Source: Anthoceros angustus (lineage: Eukaryota > Plantae > Anthocerotophyta). From it: a DNA stretch of 64,000 bases. The position numbers and the translations under genes were made by a program. The first letter of the stretch is position 1, and each line of letters starts with the position of its first letter. Location: the NCBI GenBank assembly GCA_010909165.1, contig VJWM01000280.1, positions 78,024 through 142,023 of the forward strand, read 5' to 3'. This document shows positions 1 through 13,298 of the stretch, in pieces. A model generated the notes under the pieces. It worked only from the letters and a program-made list of their open reading frames with translations, was not told the origin of the DNA and did no database searches.

Positions 1-175
1 TGGGGCGTCCCACACGCTCCTTCTCCTCGTGCTCGGTGTCATTATCGAACTTCCTATATTCCAAGGTTTCGTCGATCGACGTTCTTCTAACACTAGACCG
101 CACTGCAAATGCATCTCGGACTGCTGTCCTCATAAATCTCTGTCTTTATCTTGCACTCTAGACATTTCACTCCAT
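1..175 (-). CDS. TFIIB-like protein, 5' part (cut by window edge)
   Basis: ATG at 175, followed by MxxKCLECKIKTEIYEDS..CGLVLEERR..ETLEYRKF on the minus strand. Confidence 0.75.
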
Positions 176-366
176 ATTCTCATGTCCCGAGATAATTAAA
201 AAGTGGAATGTGTAGCCTTGAAATCGTTAACCCACGAGGGCTTTGGACAATGAGTGACTAAGCACAATGATTGTTTTTCAAACAAGAAAGGATTCCAGTG
301 ACCTTGAACCTTGACACCTTACGAGGGCTTGTCCAATGTTTATGAATATATGTAAGTCGCATCCTC

Positions 367-375
367 ATTTATATA
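367..375 (-). promoter_or_regulatory. Putative TATA box (TATATAAAT) of the TFIIB-like gene, present in every unit that retains the promoter
   Basis: Plus-strand ATTTATATA lies ~190 bp upstream of the minus-strand ATG. Function is inferred. Confidence 0.5.
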
Positions 376-730
376 CCCAAGTTTTCCTTGGCCCTTGGGA
401 ATCTTACGTGGAATTTTGCATCCGAAACCCCTAATTACCATGGGCCAAGGAACAATCATCCTTGATTTCGTCATCCCCTTTTTTTCCCCCTTAAATTCGC
501 CCCACTTCCTTGAGGTTGATTCCGTCCTTGGACTTTGGCCTCACAAATTTTTCCACAAAGTTCTTCTTTCTCGAGCCGGACGCCAAGAGTCCGCTAGCCT
601 ACTTGCGCCCTCGGGACGCCGGAGTCCGTCCTATTGGCGCACTCCGGCACACCCGCAAGGCCAAGATGCACGGAGTCCGCCGGCCTACCCGCACGATCGA
701 GCCTCCCACTCCCCAATGCGACGTTCTCTC

Positions 731-756
731 GGCCCACGGTTTAGGGTTATCGGGCC
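731..756. promoter_or_regulatory. Site II-like (GGCCCA) + telo-box-like (TTTAGGGTT) + GGGCC module, repeated in each spacer
   Basis: The sequence GGCCCACGGTTTAGGGTTATCGGGCC resembles the plant telo-box/site II promoter pairing. Confidence 0.35.
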
Positions 757-1049
757 TACCACTCCCGAGTCGCCGTCCTTTCGGCCCTCCCGTGAGACTT
801 CTCACGGTGAGTGCATCGATGGCGGTGTCGTGCAATCCCGACCAGAATCGGTGAAGCTTGAGAAACCGCTTTTAATTTTTGAAAGTGTTTCGTAGAAAGG
901 GCCTATGTAAATTAGCCTACTTGTACCAAATATCAAAGGCTATCGCGGTCAAGCTATGTTGGAGCTTGAAATGACAACTTGCATGCAGAGAAGGAAAATC
1001 AAGTCAACCAAGAACAACCTTTAGACTAAACCACATCCTTGTAGAGGCG

Positions 1050-1253
1050 GTGAAAACCAAGCGTGGGATGAAAACAATCACTACTATTCAAGTTTTGAAA
1101 AGGGTGGAGACCCCATTAAAAGCGTTGAGCGTTTTTAGAGGACTTAACTTTCTCAAGGAGAAGCTCTTTTGCCCACCAAAATTTTCAAACCTCCTAGGAG
1201 CAAAGATTTGCATAGTACTAAATTGCAATCAAGAATGTAGGTCGCTAGAATGA
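1050..1253 (+). CDS. Hypothetical 67 aa spacer ORF (MKTKRG...; 98 aa form at 14999-15295), no recognised homolog
   Basis: Identical translation in at least 8 copies (1050, 6903, 11057, 11800, 24356, 26418, 27814, 30186). The 67 aa form opens on GTG. It may be non-coding. Confidence 0.2.
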   Translation: MKTKRGMKTITTIQVLKRVETPLKALSVFRGLNFLKEKLFCPPKFSNLLGAKICIVLNCNQECRSLE

Positions 1254-1779
1254 AGGTGGCAGATAGTCTAAAATCTTATGTGAAACGAGTCATGTCCATG
1301 CACACGATGTTTGATTTAACGTAAGCAAAAATCTTGTCACTAAAGGACGGACGACGAAGGTCTTTTTCAATCCATGAAGTCCATCGGCAAACCTTTAACT
1401 TTGCATGGTCGGGAGTGTGCATGAGTGTAAGTGTTGGGAATGCGTGTTGACGATCGACCGTGGAATGCGATGCGGATGTATGGATGGGCGCGGGTCGGAT
1501 GCATAGGATTCAAACATTGATGCTTAATGGAGGGAGTCTCGGTCACGGCAGCTATGTCGACTATGTGCGACGCGACATACTCCTCACATCATTCTTGGCA
1601 CCCGGGACAAACATTTGACCCCTTGCTTCAAAGCATAACAAATTTGGCGTCATAATGCACATCTATTGATACATTGAATTTTACGTAGTGAGAAAAAGTC
1701 ACGACCATGCTGCATGCTAGTATGTGAGCAAGCACACTGAGCTATTTGATTGAAGGCAAGTTCACAGATAATCTAAGGC

Positions 1780-2715
1780 TCAATTCGAGCTCTTCCAAAC
1801 AAAAATTCCCACTTTGCAAAACCATGCCGGTACTATAACGGATGCATGCGGACGCAAAAATCGGTAAGTGCTCTTGAGCGTACTCACCGCCACATTACAT
1901 GCGTCGGCAATGCTCTTGAGCGAGCCGCACGGTTCCCTCGAGATCTTAGACCATGTATATAACTCCGCGGTGACCGTGGGAGCTTGGATATCGAATTTTT
2001 GTTTTCCGAGGGCACTCACTTGAAAGACAGCTCTCGCACTTCCTTGCGCATTTCGAGCTGGAACAAAAGCAGTCTTGCAAAAATCCTTGGGCGGATAGCT
2101 TTGGGCGACGGCGGATTTCCTCGGGTCTGTGGCTCGTCATGCACGGCCCTCATTTCTAGGAGGTCCACCAACTTCCCAACAACCCCTGGTCAAGGCTATA
2201 GCTGCAGTACCCAAAGCCTCGTAGATTTCTTGCATTGACCGAGGAGTCCTTTCTTCTTTACAAGCCACGTACATAGCAGCAGCCACATACGTCTCTTCAC
2301 AACTCCCTTTTCTCAAGACCTCGCCTTCTTGTACAAGGAACTTGCCAATACTGCGTGTTGTGCACAATTCTCATTCTTCTGCGAGCTCGAAATCCTATCA
2401 AAGGCGGATATCAGTCATGCCATGAGTGGGAACCCGTGCATTCGTGTTCCGCAGTGTGGATGCAACCCATTTTTCCTTGCGCTGTAGTGCGGATGCAAGT
2501 GGTTAGGCCAGCATGGTCGAGCAAGTCATCCGTGTAATGAGGACGCCCCACACGCTCCTTCTCCTCGTGCTCGGTGTCATTATCGAACTTCCTATATTCC
2601 AAGGTTTCGTCGACACGACGTTCTTCTAACACTAGACCGCACTGCAAATGCCGCCTGCACTGCTGTCCTCATAAATCTCTGTCTTTATCTTGCACTCTAG
2701 ACATTTCGACTCCAT
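1780..2715 (-). CDS. TFIIB: Transcription initiation factor IIB-like protein (intronless; frameshifted in this assembly)
   Basis: Joined frames give a Zn ribbon (CLEC...C..CGLVLEERR), B-reader DETLEYRKF, linker LTT, cyclin repeat 1 (AAAMYVACKEERTPRSMQEI) and cyclin repeat 2 (..IYM..; KSIADACNVAVSTLKSTY; HASVIVPAWF). Confidence 0.85.
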
Positions 2716-4349
2716 ATTCTCTGTCACGAGATAATTAAAAAGTGGAATGTGTAGCCTTGAAATCGTTAACCCACGAGGGCTTTGGACAATGAGTGACTAA
2801 GCACAATGATTGTTTTTCAAACAAGAAAGGATTCCACAGTGACCTTGAACCTTGACACCTTACGAGGGCTTGTCCAATGTTTATGAATATATGTAAGTCG
2901 ATCCCTCATTTATATACCCAAGTTTTCCTTGGCCCTTGGGAATCTTACGTGGAATTTTGCATCCGAAACCCCTAATTACCATGGGCCAAGGAACAATCAT
3001 CCTTGGATTTCGTCATCCCTTTTTTCCCCTTAAATTCGCCCCACTTCCTTCGAGGTTGATTCCGTCCTTGGACTTTGGCCTCACAAATTTTTCCACAAAG
3101 TTCTTCTTTCTCGAACGCCGGACGCCAAGAGTCCGCTAGCCTACTTGCGCCTCGGACGCCGGAGTCTGCCGTCCTATTGGCGCACTCCGGCACACCCGCA
3201 AGGCCAAGATGCACGGAGTCCGTCGGCCTACCCGCACGATCGAGCCTCCCACTCCCCAATGCGACGTTCTCTCGGCCCACGGTTTAGGGTTATCGGGCCT
3301 ACCACTCCCGAGTCGCCGTCCTTCGGCCCTCCGTGAGACTTCTCACGGTGAGTGCATCGATGGCACCGTGCAATCCCGACCAGAATCGGTGAAGCTTGAG
3401 AAACCGCTTTTAATTTTTGAAAGTGTTTCGTAGAAAGGGCCTATGTAAATTAGCCTACTTGTACCAAATATCAAAGGCTATCGCATCAAGCTATGTTGGA
3501 GCTTGAAATGACAACTTGCATGCAGAGAAGGAAAACGAAGTCAACCAAGAACAACCTTTAGACTAAACCACATCCTTGTAGAGGCGGTGAAAACCAAGCG
3601 TGGGATGAAAACAATCACTACTATTCAAGTTTTGAAAAGGGTGGAGACCCCATTAAAAGCGTTGAGCGTTTTTAGAGGACTTAACTTTCTCTCAAGGAGA
3701 AGCTCTTTTGCCCACCAAAATTTTCAAACCTCCTAGGAGCAAAGATTTGCATAGTACTAAATTGCAATCAAGAATGTAGGTCGCTAGAATGAAGGTGGCG
3801 AGATAGTCTAAAATCTTATGTGAAACGAGTCATGTCCATGCACACGATGTTTGATTTAACGTAAGCAAAAATCTTGTCACTAAAGGACGGACGAAGGTCT
3901 TTTTCCAATCCATGAAGTCCATCGGCAAACCTTTAACTTTGCATGGTCGGGAGTGTGCATGAGTGTAAGTGTTGGGAATGCGTGTTGTGCACAATTCTCA
4001 TTCTTCTGCGAGCTCGAAATCCTATCAAAGGCGGATGTATGGATGGGCGCGGGTCGGATGCATAGGATTCAAACATTGATGATTAATGGAGGAGTCTCGG
4101 TCACGGCAGCTATGTCGACTATGTGCGACGCGACATACTCCTCACATCATTCTTGGCACCCGGGACAAACATTTGACCCCTTGCTTCAAAGAAGCATAAC
4201 AAATTTGGCGTCATAATGCACACGATCTATTGATACATTGAATTTTACGAGTGAGAAAAAGTCACCGACCATGCTGCATGCTAGTATGTGAGCACAAGCA
4301 CACTGAGCTATTTGATTGAAGGCAAGTTCACAACAAGATAATCTAAGGC

Positions 4350-5288
4350 TCAATTCGAGCTCTTCCAAACAAAAATTCCCACTTTGCAAAAACCATGCCG
4401 GTACTATAACGGATGCATGCGGACGCAAAATCTGGTAAGTGCTCTTGAGCGTACTCACCGCCACATTACATGCGTCGGCAATGCTCTTGAGCGAGCTGCA
4501 CGGTTCCCTCGAGATCTTACAGACCATGTATATAACTCCGGCGGTGACCGACTGTGGGGAGCTTCGGATATCGAATTTTTGTTTTCCGAGGGCACTCACA
4601 GCTTGAAAGACAGCTCTCGCACTTTCCTTGCGCATTTCGAGCCTGGAACAAAACAGTGCTGCAAAATCCTTGGGCCGGATAGCTTTGGACGCGCACGGCG
4701 GATTTCCTCGGGTGCGCGGCTCATGCACGGCCCTCATTTCTAGGAGGTCCACCAACTTCCCAACAACCCCTGGTCAAGGCTATAGCTGCAGTACCCAAAG
4801 CCTCGTAGATTTCTTGCATTGACCGAGGAGTCCTTTCTTCTTTACAAGCCACGTACATAGCAGCCACATCGTCTCTTCACAACTCCCTTTTCTCAAGACC
4901 CTCGCCTTCTTGTACAAGGAACTTGCCAATACTGCGTGTTGTGCACAATTCTCATTCTTCTGCGAGCTCGAAATCCTATCAAAGGCGGATATCGCCGTCA
5001 TGAGTGGGAACCCGTGCATTCGTGTTCCGCGGTGTGGATGCAACCCATTTTTCCTTTGCTGTAGTGCGGATGCAAGTGGTTAGGCCAGCATGGTCGAGCA
5101 AGTCATCCGTGTCGTGGGGCGTCCCACACGCCTCCTTCTCCTCGTGCTCGGTGTCATTATCGAACTTCCTATATTCCAAGGTTTCGTCGACACGACGTTC
5201 TTCTAACACTAGACCGCACTGCAAATGTTGCCTGCACTGTCCTCATAAATCTCTGTCTTTATCTTGCACTCTAGACATTTCACTCCAT
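4350..5288 (-). CDS. TFIIB: TFIIB-like copy
   Basis: ORF 4186-4755 gives the best cyclin repeat 2 (SPQSVTAGVIYMV...KSIADACNVAVSTLKSTYQILRPHASVIVPAWF). ORF 4979-5224 gives the B-reader. Confidence 0.85.
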
Positions 5289-5823
5289 ATTCTCCTGTCA
5301 CGAGATAATTAAAAAGTGGAATGTGTAGCCTTGAAATCGTTAACCCACGAGGGCTTTGGACAATGAGTGACTAAGCACAATGATTGTTTTTCAAACAAGA
5401 AAGGATTCCATGACCTTGAACCTTGACACCTTACGAGGGCTTGTCCAATGTTTATGAATATATGTAAGTCGCATCCCTCATTTATATACCCAAGTTTTCC
5501 TTGGCCCTTGGGAATCTTACGTGGAATTTTGCATCCCGAAACCCCTAATTACCATGGGCCAAGGAACAATCATCCTTGGATTTCGTCATCCCCTTTTTTT
5601 CCCCTTAAATTCGCCCCACTTCCTTGAGGTTGATTCCGTCCTTGGACTTTGGCCTCACAAATTTTTCCACAAAGTTCTTCTTTCTCGAGCCGGACGCCAA
5701 GAGTCCGCTAGCCTACTTGCGCCGGACGCCGGAGTCTGCCGTCCTATTGGCGCACTCCGGCACACCAAGGCCAAGATGCACGAGTCCGTCGGCCTACCCG
5801 CACGATCGAGCCTCCCACTCCCC

Positions 5824-7320
5824 AATGCGACGTTCTCTCGGCCCACGGTTTAGGGTTATCGGGCCTACCACTCCCGAGTGCGCCGTCCTTTCGGCCCTCC
5901 GTGAGACTTCTCACCGGTGAGTGCACGATGGCATGTCGTGCAATCCCGACCAGAATCGGTGAAGCTTGAGAAACCGCTTTTAATTTTTGAAAGTGTTTCG
6001 TAGAAAGGGCCTATGTAAATTAGCCTACTTGTACCAAATATCAAAGGCTATCGCGGTCAAGCTATGTTGGAGCTTGAAATGACAACTTGCATGCAGAGAA
6101 GGAAAATCAAGTCAACCAAGAACAACCTTTAGACTAAACCACATCCTTGTAGAGGTGAAAACCAAGCGTGGGATGAAAACAATCACTACTATTCAAGTTT
6201 TGAAAAGGGTGGAGACCCCATTAAAAGCGTTGAGCGTTTTTAGAGGACTTAACTTTCTCTCAAGGAGAAGCTCTTTTGCCCACCAAAATTTTCAAACCTC
6301 CTAGGAGCAAAGATTTGCATAGTACTAAATTGCAATCAAGAATGTAGGTCGCTAGAATGAAGGTGGCGATAGTCTAAAATCTTATGTGAAACGAGTCATG
6401 TCCATGCACACGATGTTTGATTTAACGTAAGCAAAAATCTTGTCACTAAAGGACGTGGACGAAGGTCTTTTTCCAATCCATGAAGTCCATCGGCAAACCT
6501 TTAACTTGCATGGTCGGGAGTGTGCATGAGTGTAAGTGTTGGGAATGCGTGTTGACGATGCGACCGTGGAATGCGGCGTTCTCTCGGCCCACGGTTTAGG
6601 GTTATCGGGCCTACCACTCCCGAGTCGCCGTCCTTTCGGCCCTCCCGTGAGACTTCTCACCGGTGAGTGCACGATGGCAGTCGTGCAATCCCGACCTCAG
6701 AATCGTGAAGCTTGAGAAACCGTTTTAATTTTTGAAAGTGTTTCGTAGAAAGGGCCTATGTAAATTAGCCTACTTGTACCAAATATCAAAGGCTATCGCG
6801 GTCAAGCTATGTTGGAGCTTGAAATGACAACTTGCATGCAGAGAAGGAAAATCAAGTCAACCAAGAACAACCTTTAGACTAAACCACATCCTTGTAGAGG
6901 CGGTGAAAACCAAGCGTGGGATGAAAACAATCACTACTATTCAAGTTTTGAAAAGGGTGGAGACCCCATTAAAAGCGTTGAGCGTTTTTAGAGGACTTAA
7001 CTTTCTCAAGGAGAAGCTCTTTTGCCCACCAAAATTTTCAAACCTCCTAGGAGCAAAGATTTGCATAGTACTAAATTGCAATCAAGAATGTAGGTCGCTA
7101 GAATGAAGGTGGCAGATAGTCTAAAATCTTATGTGAAACGAGTCATGTCCATGCACACGATGTTTGATTTAACGTAAGCAAAAATCTTGTCACTAAAGGA
7201 CGTGGACGAAGGTCTTTTCCAATCCATGAAGTCCATCGGCAAACCTTTAACTTGCATGGTCGGGAGTGTGCATGAGTGTAAGTGTTGGGAATGCGTGTTG
7301 GATCTTGGCCGTGGAATGCG
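5824..7320. repeat. Two tandem copies of a ~745 bp spacer subrepeat
   Basis: AATGCG junction anchors at 5824, 6570 and 7315. Confidence 0.85.
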
Positions 7321-7632
7321 ATGCGGATGTATGGATGGGCGCGGGTCGGATGCATAGGATTCAAACATTGATTAATGGAGGAGTCTCGGTCACGGCTATG
7401 TCGACTATGTGCGACGCGACATACTCCTCACATCATTCTTGGCACCCGGGACAAACATTTGACCCCTTGCTTCAAAGAAGCATAACAAATTGGCCGTCAT
7501 AATGCACATCTATTGATACATTGAATTTTACGTAGTGAGAAAAGTCACCGACCATGCTGCATGCTAGTATGTGAGCTCAAGCACACATGAGCTATTTGAT
7601 TGAAGGCAAGTTCACAACAGATAATCTAAGGC

Positions 7633-8563
7633 TCAATTCTCGAGCTCTTCCAAACAAAAATTCCCACTTTGCAAAAACCATGCGGTACTATAACGGATGC
7701 ATGCGGACGCAAAAATCTGGTAAGTGCTCTTGAGCGTACTCACCGCCACATTACATGCGTCGGCAATGCTCTTGAGCGAGCCGCAGTTCCCTCGAGATCT
7801 TAGACCATGTATATAACTCCGCGGTGACCGACCGTGGGGAGCTTGGATATCAATTTTTGTTTTCCGAGGGCACTCAGCTTGAAAGACAGCTCTCGCACTT
7901 CCTTGCGCATTTCGAGCTGGAACAAAACAAAAGGTCTTGCAAAAATCCTTGGGCGGATAGCTTTGACGCCAAGACGGCGGATTTCCTCGGTCTGGTCATG
8001 CACGGCCCTCATTTCTAGGAGGTCCACCAACTTCCCAACAACCCCTGGTCAAGGCTATAGCTGCAGTACCCAAAGCCTCGTAGATTTCTTGCATTGACCG
8101 AGGAGTCCTTTCTTCTTTACAAGCCACGACATAGCAGCCACATCGTCTCTTCACAACTCCCTTTTCTCAAGACCCTCGCCTTCTTGTACAAGGAACTTGC
8201 CAATACCGTGTTGTGCACAATTCTCATTCTTCTGCGAGCTCAAATCCTATCAAAGGCGGATATCAGTGCCGTCATGAGTGGGAACCCGTGCATTCGTGTT
8301 CCGCAGTGTGGATGCAACCCATTTTTCCTTTGCTCAGAGTGCGGATGCAAGTGGTTAGGCCAGCATGGTCGAGCAAGTCATCCGTGTCGTGGGGCGTCCC
8401 ACACGCTCCTTCTCCTCGTGCTCGGTGTCATTATCGAACTTCCTATATTCCAAGGTTTCGTCGACACGACGTTCTTCTAACACTAGACCGCACTGCAAAT
8501 GCATCTCGGACTGCTGTCCTCATAAATCTGTCTTTATCTTGCACTCTAGACATTTCACTCCAT
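7633..8563 (-). CDS. TFIIB: TFIIB-like copy (frameshifted)
   Basis: Same nucleotide unit from stop (TCA at 7633) to ATG (8563). Confidence 0.8.
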
Positions 8564-9250
8564 ATTCTCGTCCCGAGATAATTAAAAAGTGGAATGTGTA
8601 GCCTTGAAATCGTTAACCCACGAGGGCTTTGGACAATGAGTGACTAAGCACAATGATTGTTTTTCAAACAAGAAAGGATTCCATGACCTTGAACCTTGAC
8701 ACCTTACGAGGGCTTGTCCAATGTTTATGAATATATGTAAGTCGCATCCCTCATTTATATACCCAAGTTTTCCTTGGCCCTTGGGAATCTTACGTGGAAT
8801 TTTGCATCCGAAACCCCTAATTACCATGGGCCAAGGAACAATCATCCTTGGATTTCGTCATCCCTTTTTTCCCCTTAAATTCGCCCACTTCCTTGAGGTT
8901 GATTCCGTCCTTGGACTTTGGCCTCACAAATTTTTCCACAAAGTTCTTCTTTCTCGAGCCGGACGCCAAGAGTCCGCTAGCCTACTTGCGCCGGACGCCG
9001 AGTCTCGGTCACGGCTATGTCGACTATGTGCGACGCGACATACTCCTCACATCATTCTTGGCACCCGGGACAAACATTTGACCCCTTGCTTCAAAGAAGC
9101 ATAACAAATTGGCCGTCATAATGCACATCTATTGATACATTTAATTTTACGTAGTGAGAAAAAGTCACGACCATGCTGCATGCTAGTATGTGAGCACAAG
9201 CACACTGAGCTATTTGATTGAAGGCAAGTTCACGGCGCATAATCTAAGGC

Positions 9251-10190
9251 TCAATTCTGAGCTCTTCCAAACAAAAATTCCCACTTTGCAAAAACCATGC
9301 CGGTACTATAACGGATGCATGCGGACGCAAAAATCGGTAAGTGCTCTTGAGCGTACTCACCGCCACATTACATGCGTCGGCAATGCTCTTGAGCGAGCCG
9401 CAGTTCCCTCGAGATCTTCAGACCATGTATATAACTCCGCGGTGACCGTGGGGAGCTTGGATATCGAATTTTTGTTTTCCGAGGGCACTCAGCTTGAAAG
9501 ACAGCTCTCGCACTTCCTTGCGCATTTCGAGCTGGAACAAAGCAGTCTTGCAAAAATCCTTGGGCGGATAGCTTTGACGCCAAGACGGCGGATTTCCTCG
9601 GGTCTGTGACTCGTCATGCACGGCCCTCATTTCTAGGAGGTCCACCAACTTCCCAACAACCCCCGGTCAAGGCTATAGCTGCAGTACCCAAAGCCTCGTA
9701 GATTTCTTGCATTGACCGAGGAGTCCTTTCTTCTTTACAAGCCACGACATAGCAGCAGCCACATACGTCTCTTCACAACTCCCTTTTCTCAAGACCCTCG
9801 CCTTCTTGTACAAGGAACTTGCCAATACACTGCGTGTTGTGCACAATTCTCATTCTTCTGCGAGCTCAAATCCTATCAAAGGCGGATATCAGTCATTGTC
9901 ATGAGTGGGAACCCGTGCATTCGTGTTCCGCGGTGTGGATGCAACCCATTTTTCCTTGCGCTGTAGTGCGGATGCAAGTGGTTAGGCCAGCATGGTCGAG
10001 CAAGTCATCCGTGTCGTGGGGCGTCCCACACGCTCCTTCTCCTCGTGCTCGGTGTCATTATCGAACTTCCTATATTCCAAGGTTTCGTCGATCGACGTTC
10101 TTCTAACACTAGACCGCACTGCAAATGCCGCTCTGCACTGCTGTCCTCATAAATCTGTCTTTATCTTGCACTCTAGACATTTCACTCCAT
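9251..10190 (-). CDS. TFIIB: TFIIB-like copy (frameshifted)
   Basis: Same unit. The adjacent spacer has a ~0.92 kb deletion. Confidence 0.8.
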
Positions 10191-10724
10191 ATTCTCTCAC
10201 GAGATAATTAAAAAGTGGAATGTGTAGCCTTGAAATCGTTAACCCACGAGGGCTTTGGACAATGAGTGACTAAGCACAATGATTGTTTTTCAAACAAGAA
10301 AGGATTCCAGTGACCTTGAACCTTGACACCTTACGAGGGCTTGTCCAATGTTTATGAATATATGTAAGTCGCATCCCTCATTTATATACCCAAGTTTTCC
10401 TTGGCCCTTGGGAATCTTACGTGGAATTTTGCATCCGAAACCCCTAATTACCATGGGCCAAGGAACAATCATCCTTGGATTTCGTCATCCCCTTTTTTTC
10501 CCCCTTAAATTCGCCCCACTTCCTTGAGGTTGATTCCGTCCTTGGACTTTGGCCTCACAAATTTTTCCACAAAGTTCTTCTTTCTCGAACGCCGGACGCC
10601 AAGAGTCCGCTAGCCTACTTGCGCCGGACGCCGAGTCTGCCGTCCTATTGGCGCACTCCGGCACACCAAGGCCAAGATGCACGAGTCCGTCGGCCTACCC
10701 GCACGATCGAGCCTCCCACTCCCC

Positions 10725-12979
10725 AATGCGACGCTCTCGGCCCACGGTTTAGGGTTATCGGGCCTACCACTCCCGAGTCGCCGTCCTTTCGGCCCTCCCG
10801 TGAGACTTCTCACCGGTGAGTGCACGATGGCGGTATCGTGCAATCCCGACCAGAATCGGTGAAGCTTGAGAAACCGTTTTAATTTTTGAAAGTGTTTCGT
10901 AGAAAGGGCCTATGTAAATTAGCCTACTTGTACCAAATATCAAAGGCTATCGCGGTCAAGCTATGTTGGAGCTTGAAATGACAACTTGCATGCAGAGAAG
11001 GAAAATCAAGTCAACCAAGAACAACCTTTAGACTAAACCACATCCTTGTAGAGGCGGTGAAAACCAAGCGTGGGATGAAAACAATCACTACTATTCAAGT
11101 TTTGAAAAGGGTGGAGACCCCATTAAAAGCGTTGAGCGTTTTTAGAGGACTTAACTTTCTCAAGGAGAAGCTCTTTTGCCCACCAAAATTTTCAAACCTC
11201 CTAGGAGCAAAGATTTGCATAGTACTAAATTGCAATCAAGAATGTAGGTCGCTAGAATGAAGGTGGCGATAGTCTAAAATCTTATGTGAAACGAGTCATG
11301 TCCATGCACACGATGTTTGATTTAACGTAAGCAAAAATCTTGTCACTAAAGGACGTGGACGACGAAGGTCTTTTTCCAATCCATGAAGTCCATCGGCAAA
11401 CCTTTAACTTTGCATGGTCGGGAGTGTGCATGAGTGTAAGTGTTGGGAATGCGTGTTGACGATGCCGACCGTGGAATGCGGCGTTCTCTCGGCCCACGGT
11501 TTAGGGTTATCGGGCCTACCACTCCCGAGTCGCCGTCCTTTCGGCCCTCCCGTGAGACTTCTCACCGGTGAGTGCACGATGGCGGTATCGTGCAATCCCG
11601 ACCAGAATCGGTGAAGCTTGAGAAACCGTTTTAATTTTTGAAAGTGTTTCGTAGAAAGGGCCTATGTAAATTAGCCTACTTGTACCAAATATCAAAGGCT
11701 ATCGTCAAGCTATGTTGGAGCTTGAAATGACAACTTGCATGCAGAGAAGGCGAAGTCAACCAAGAACAACCTTTAGACTAAACCACATCCTTGTAGGCGG
11801 TGAAAACCAAGCGTGGGATGAAAACAATCACTACTATTCAAGTTTTGAAAAGGGTGGAGACCCCATTAAAAGCGTTGAGCGTTTTTAGAGGACTTAACTT
11901 TCTCAAGGAGAAGCTCTTTTGCCCACCAAAATTTTCAAACCTCCTAGGAGCAAAGATTTGCATAGTACTAAATTGCAATCAAGAATGTAGGTCGCTAGAA
12001 TGAAGGTGGCGATAGTCTAAAATCTTATGTGAAACGAGTCATGTCCATGCACACGATGTTTGATTTAACGTAAGCAAAAATCTTGTCACTAAAGGACGTG
12101 GACGACGAAGGTCTTTTTCCAATCCATGAAGTCCATCGGCAAACCTTTAACTTTGCATGGTCGGGAGTGTGCATGAGTGTAAGTGTTGGGAATGCGTGTT
12201 GACGATGCCGACCGTGGAATGCGGCGTTCTCTCGGCCCACGGTTTAGGGTTATCGGGCCTACCACTCCCGAGTCGCCGTCCTTTCGGCCCTCCGTGAGAC
12301 TTCTCACCGGTGAGTGCACGATGGCGGTCGTGCAATCCCGACCAGAATCGGTGAAGCTTGAGAAACCGTTTTAATTTTTGAAAGTGTTTCGTAGAAAGGG
12401 CCTATGTAAATTAGCCTACTTGTACCAAATATCAAAGGCTATCGTCAAGCTATGTTGGAGCTTGAAATGACAACTTGCATGCAGAGAAGGAAAATCAAGT
12501 CAACCAAGAACAACCTTTAGACTAAACCACATCCTTGTAGAGGCAGGTGAAAACCAAGCGTGGGATGAAAACAATCACTACTATTCGAAGTTTTGAAAAG
12601 GGTGGAGACCCCATTAAAAGCGTTGAGCGTTTTTTTAGAGGACTTAACTTTCTCTGAAGGAGAAGCTCTTTTGCCCACCAAAATTTTCAAACCTCCTAGG
12701 AGCAAAGATTTGCATAGTACTAAATTGCAATCAAGAATGTAGGTCGCTAGAATGAAGGTGGCAGATAGTCTAAAATCTTATGTGAAACGAGTCATGTCCA
12801 TGCACACGATGTTTGATTTAACGTAAGCAAAAATCTTGTCACTAAAGGACGTGGACGACGAAGGTATTTTTCCAATCCATGAAGTCCATCGGCGGCAAAC
12901 CTTTAACTTTGCATGGTCGGGAGTGTGCATGAGTGTAAGTGTTGGGAATGCGTGTTGACGATGCTGACCGTGGAATGCG
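10725..12979. repeat. Three tandem copies of the ~745 bp spacer subrepeat
   Basis: AATGCG anchors at 10725, 11475, 12218 and 12974. Confidence 0.85.
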
Positions 12980-13298
12980 ATGCCGGATGTATGGATGGGC
13001 GCGGGTCGGATGCATAGGATTCAAACATTGACAATTAATGGAGGGAGTCTCTGGTCACGGCAGCTATGTCGACTATGTGCGACGCGACATACTCCTCACA
13101 TCATTCTTGGCACCCGGGACAAACATTTGACCCCTTGCTTCAAAGAAGCATAACAAATTTGGCCGTCATAATGCACATCTATTGATACATTGAATTTTAC
13201 GTAGTGAGAAAAAGTCACCGACCATGCTGCATGCTAGTATGTGAGCTCAAGCACACTGAGCTATTTGATTGAAGGCAAGTTCACAGATAATCTAAGGC

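Noticed and set aside
738-748. Telomere or interstitial telomeric array (TTTAGGG)
   Set aside because: There is only about 1.5 repeat per unit and never a tandem run, so it is treated as a motif only.
395-895. Plus-strand spacer and antisense ORFs (MGILRG..., MRLIPS..., MCTTRS... and similar)
   Set aside because: Frames change from copy to copy, no domain is recognisable, and many are antisense shadows of TFIIB or pol.
1700-1730. Helitron 3' end (hairpin + CTAG) as the cause of the tandem array
   Set aside because: CATGCTGCATG followed by CTAG is not a convincing GC-rich hairpin, and there is no Rep/helicase or clear terminus.
1780-2715. Giant-virus (NCLDV) origin of the intronless TFIIB
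   Set aside because: No other viral genes are present, and the C-terminus (HASVIVPAWF) resembles plant TFIIB. It is not excluded without a phylogeny.
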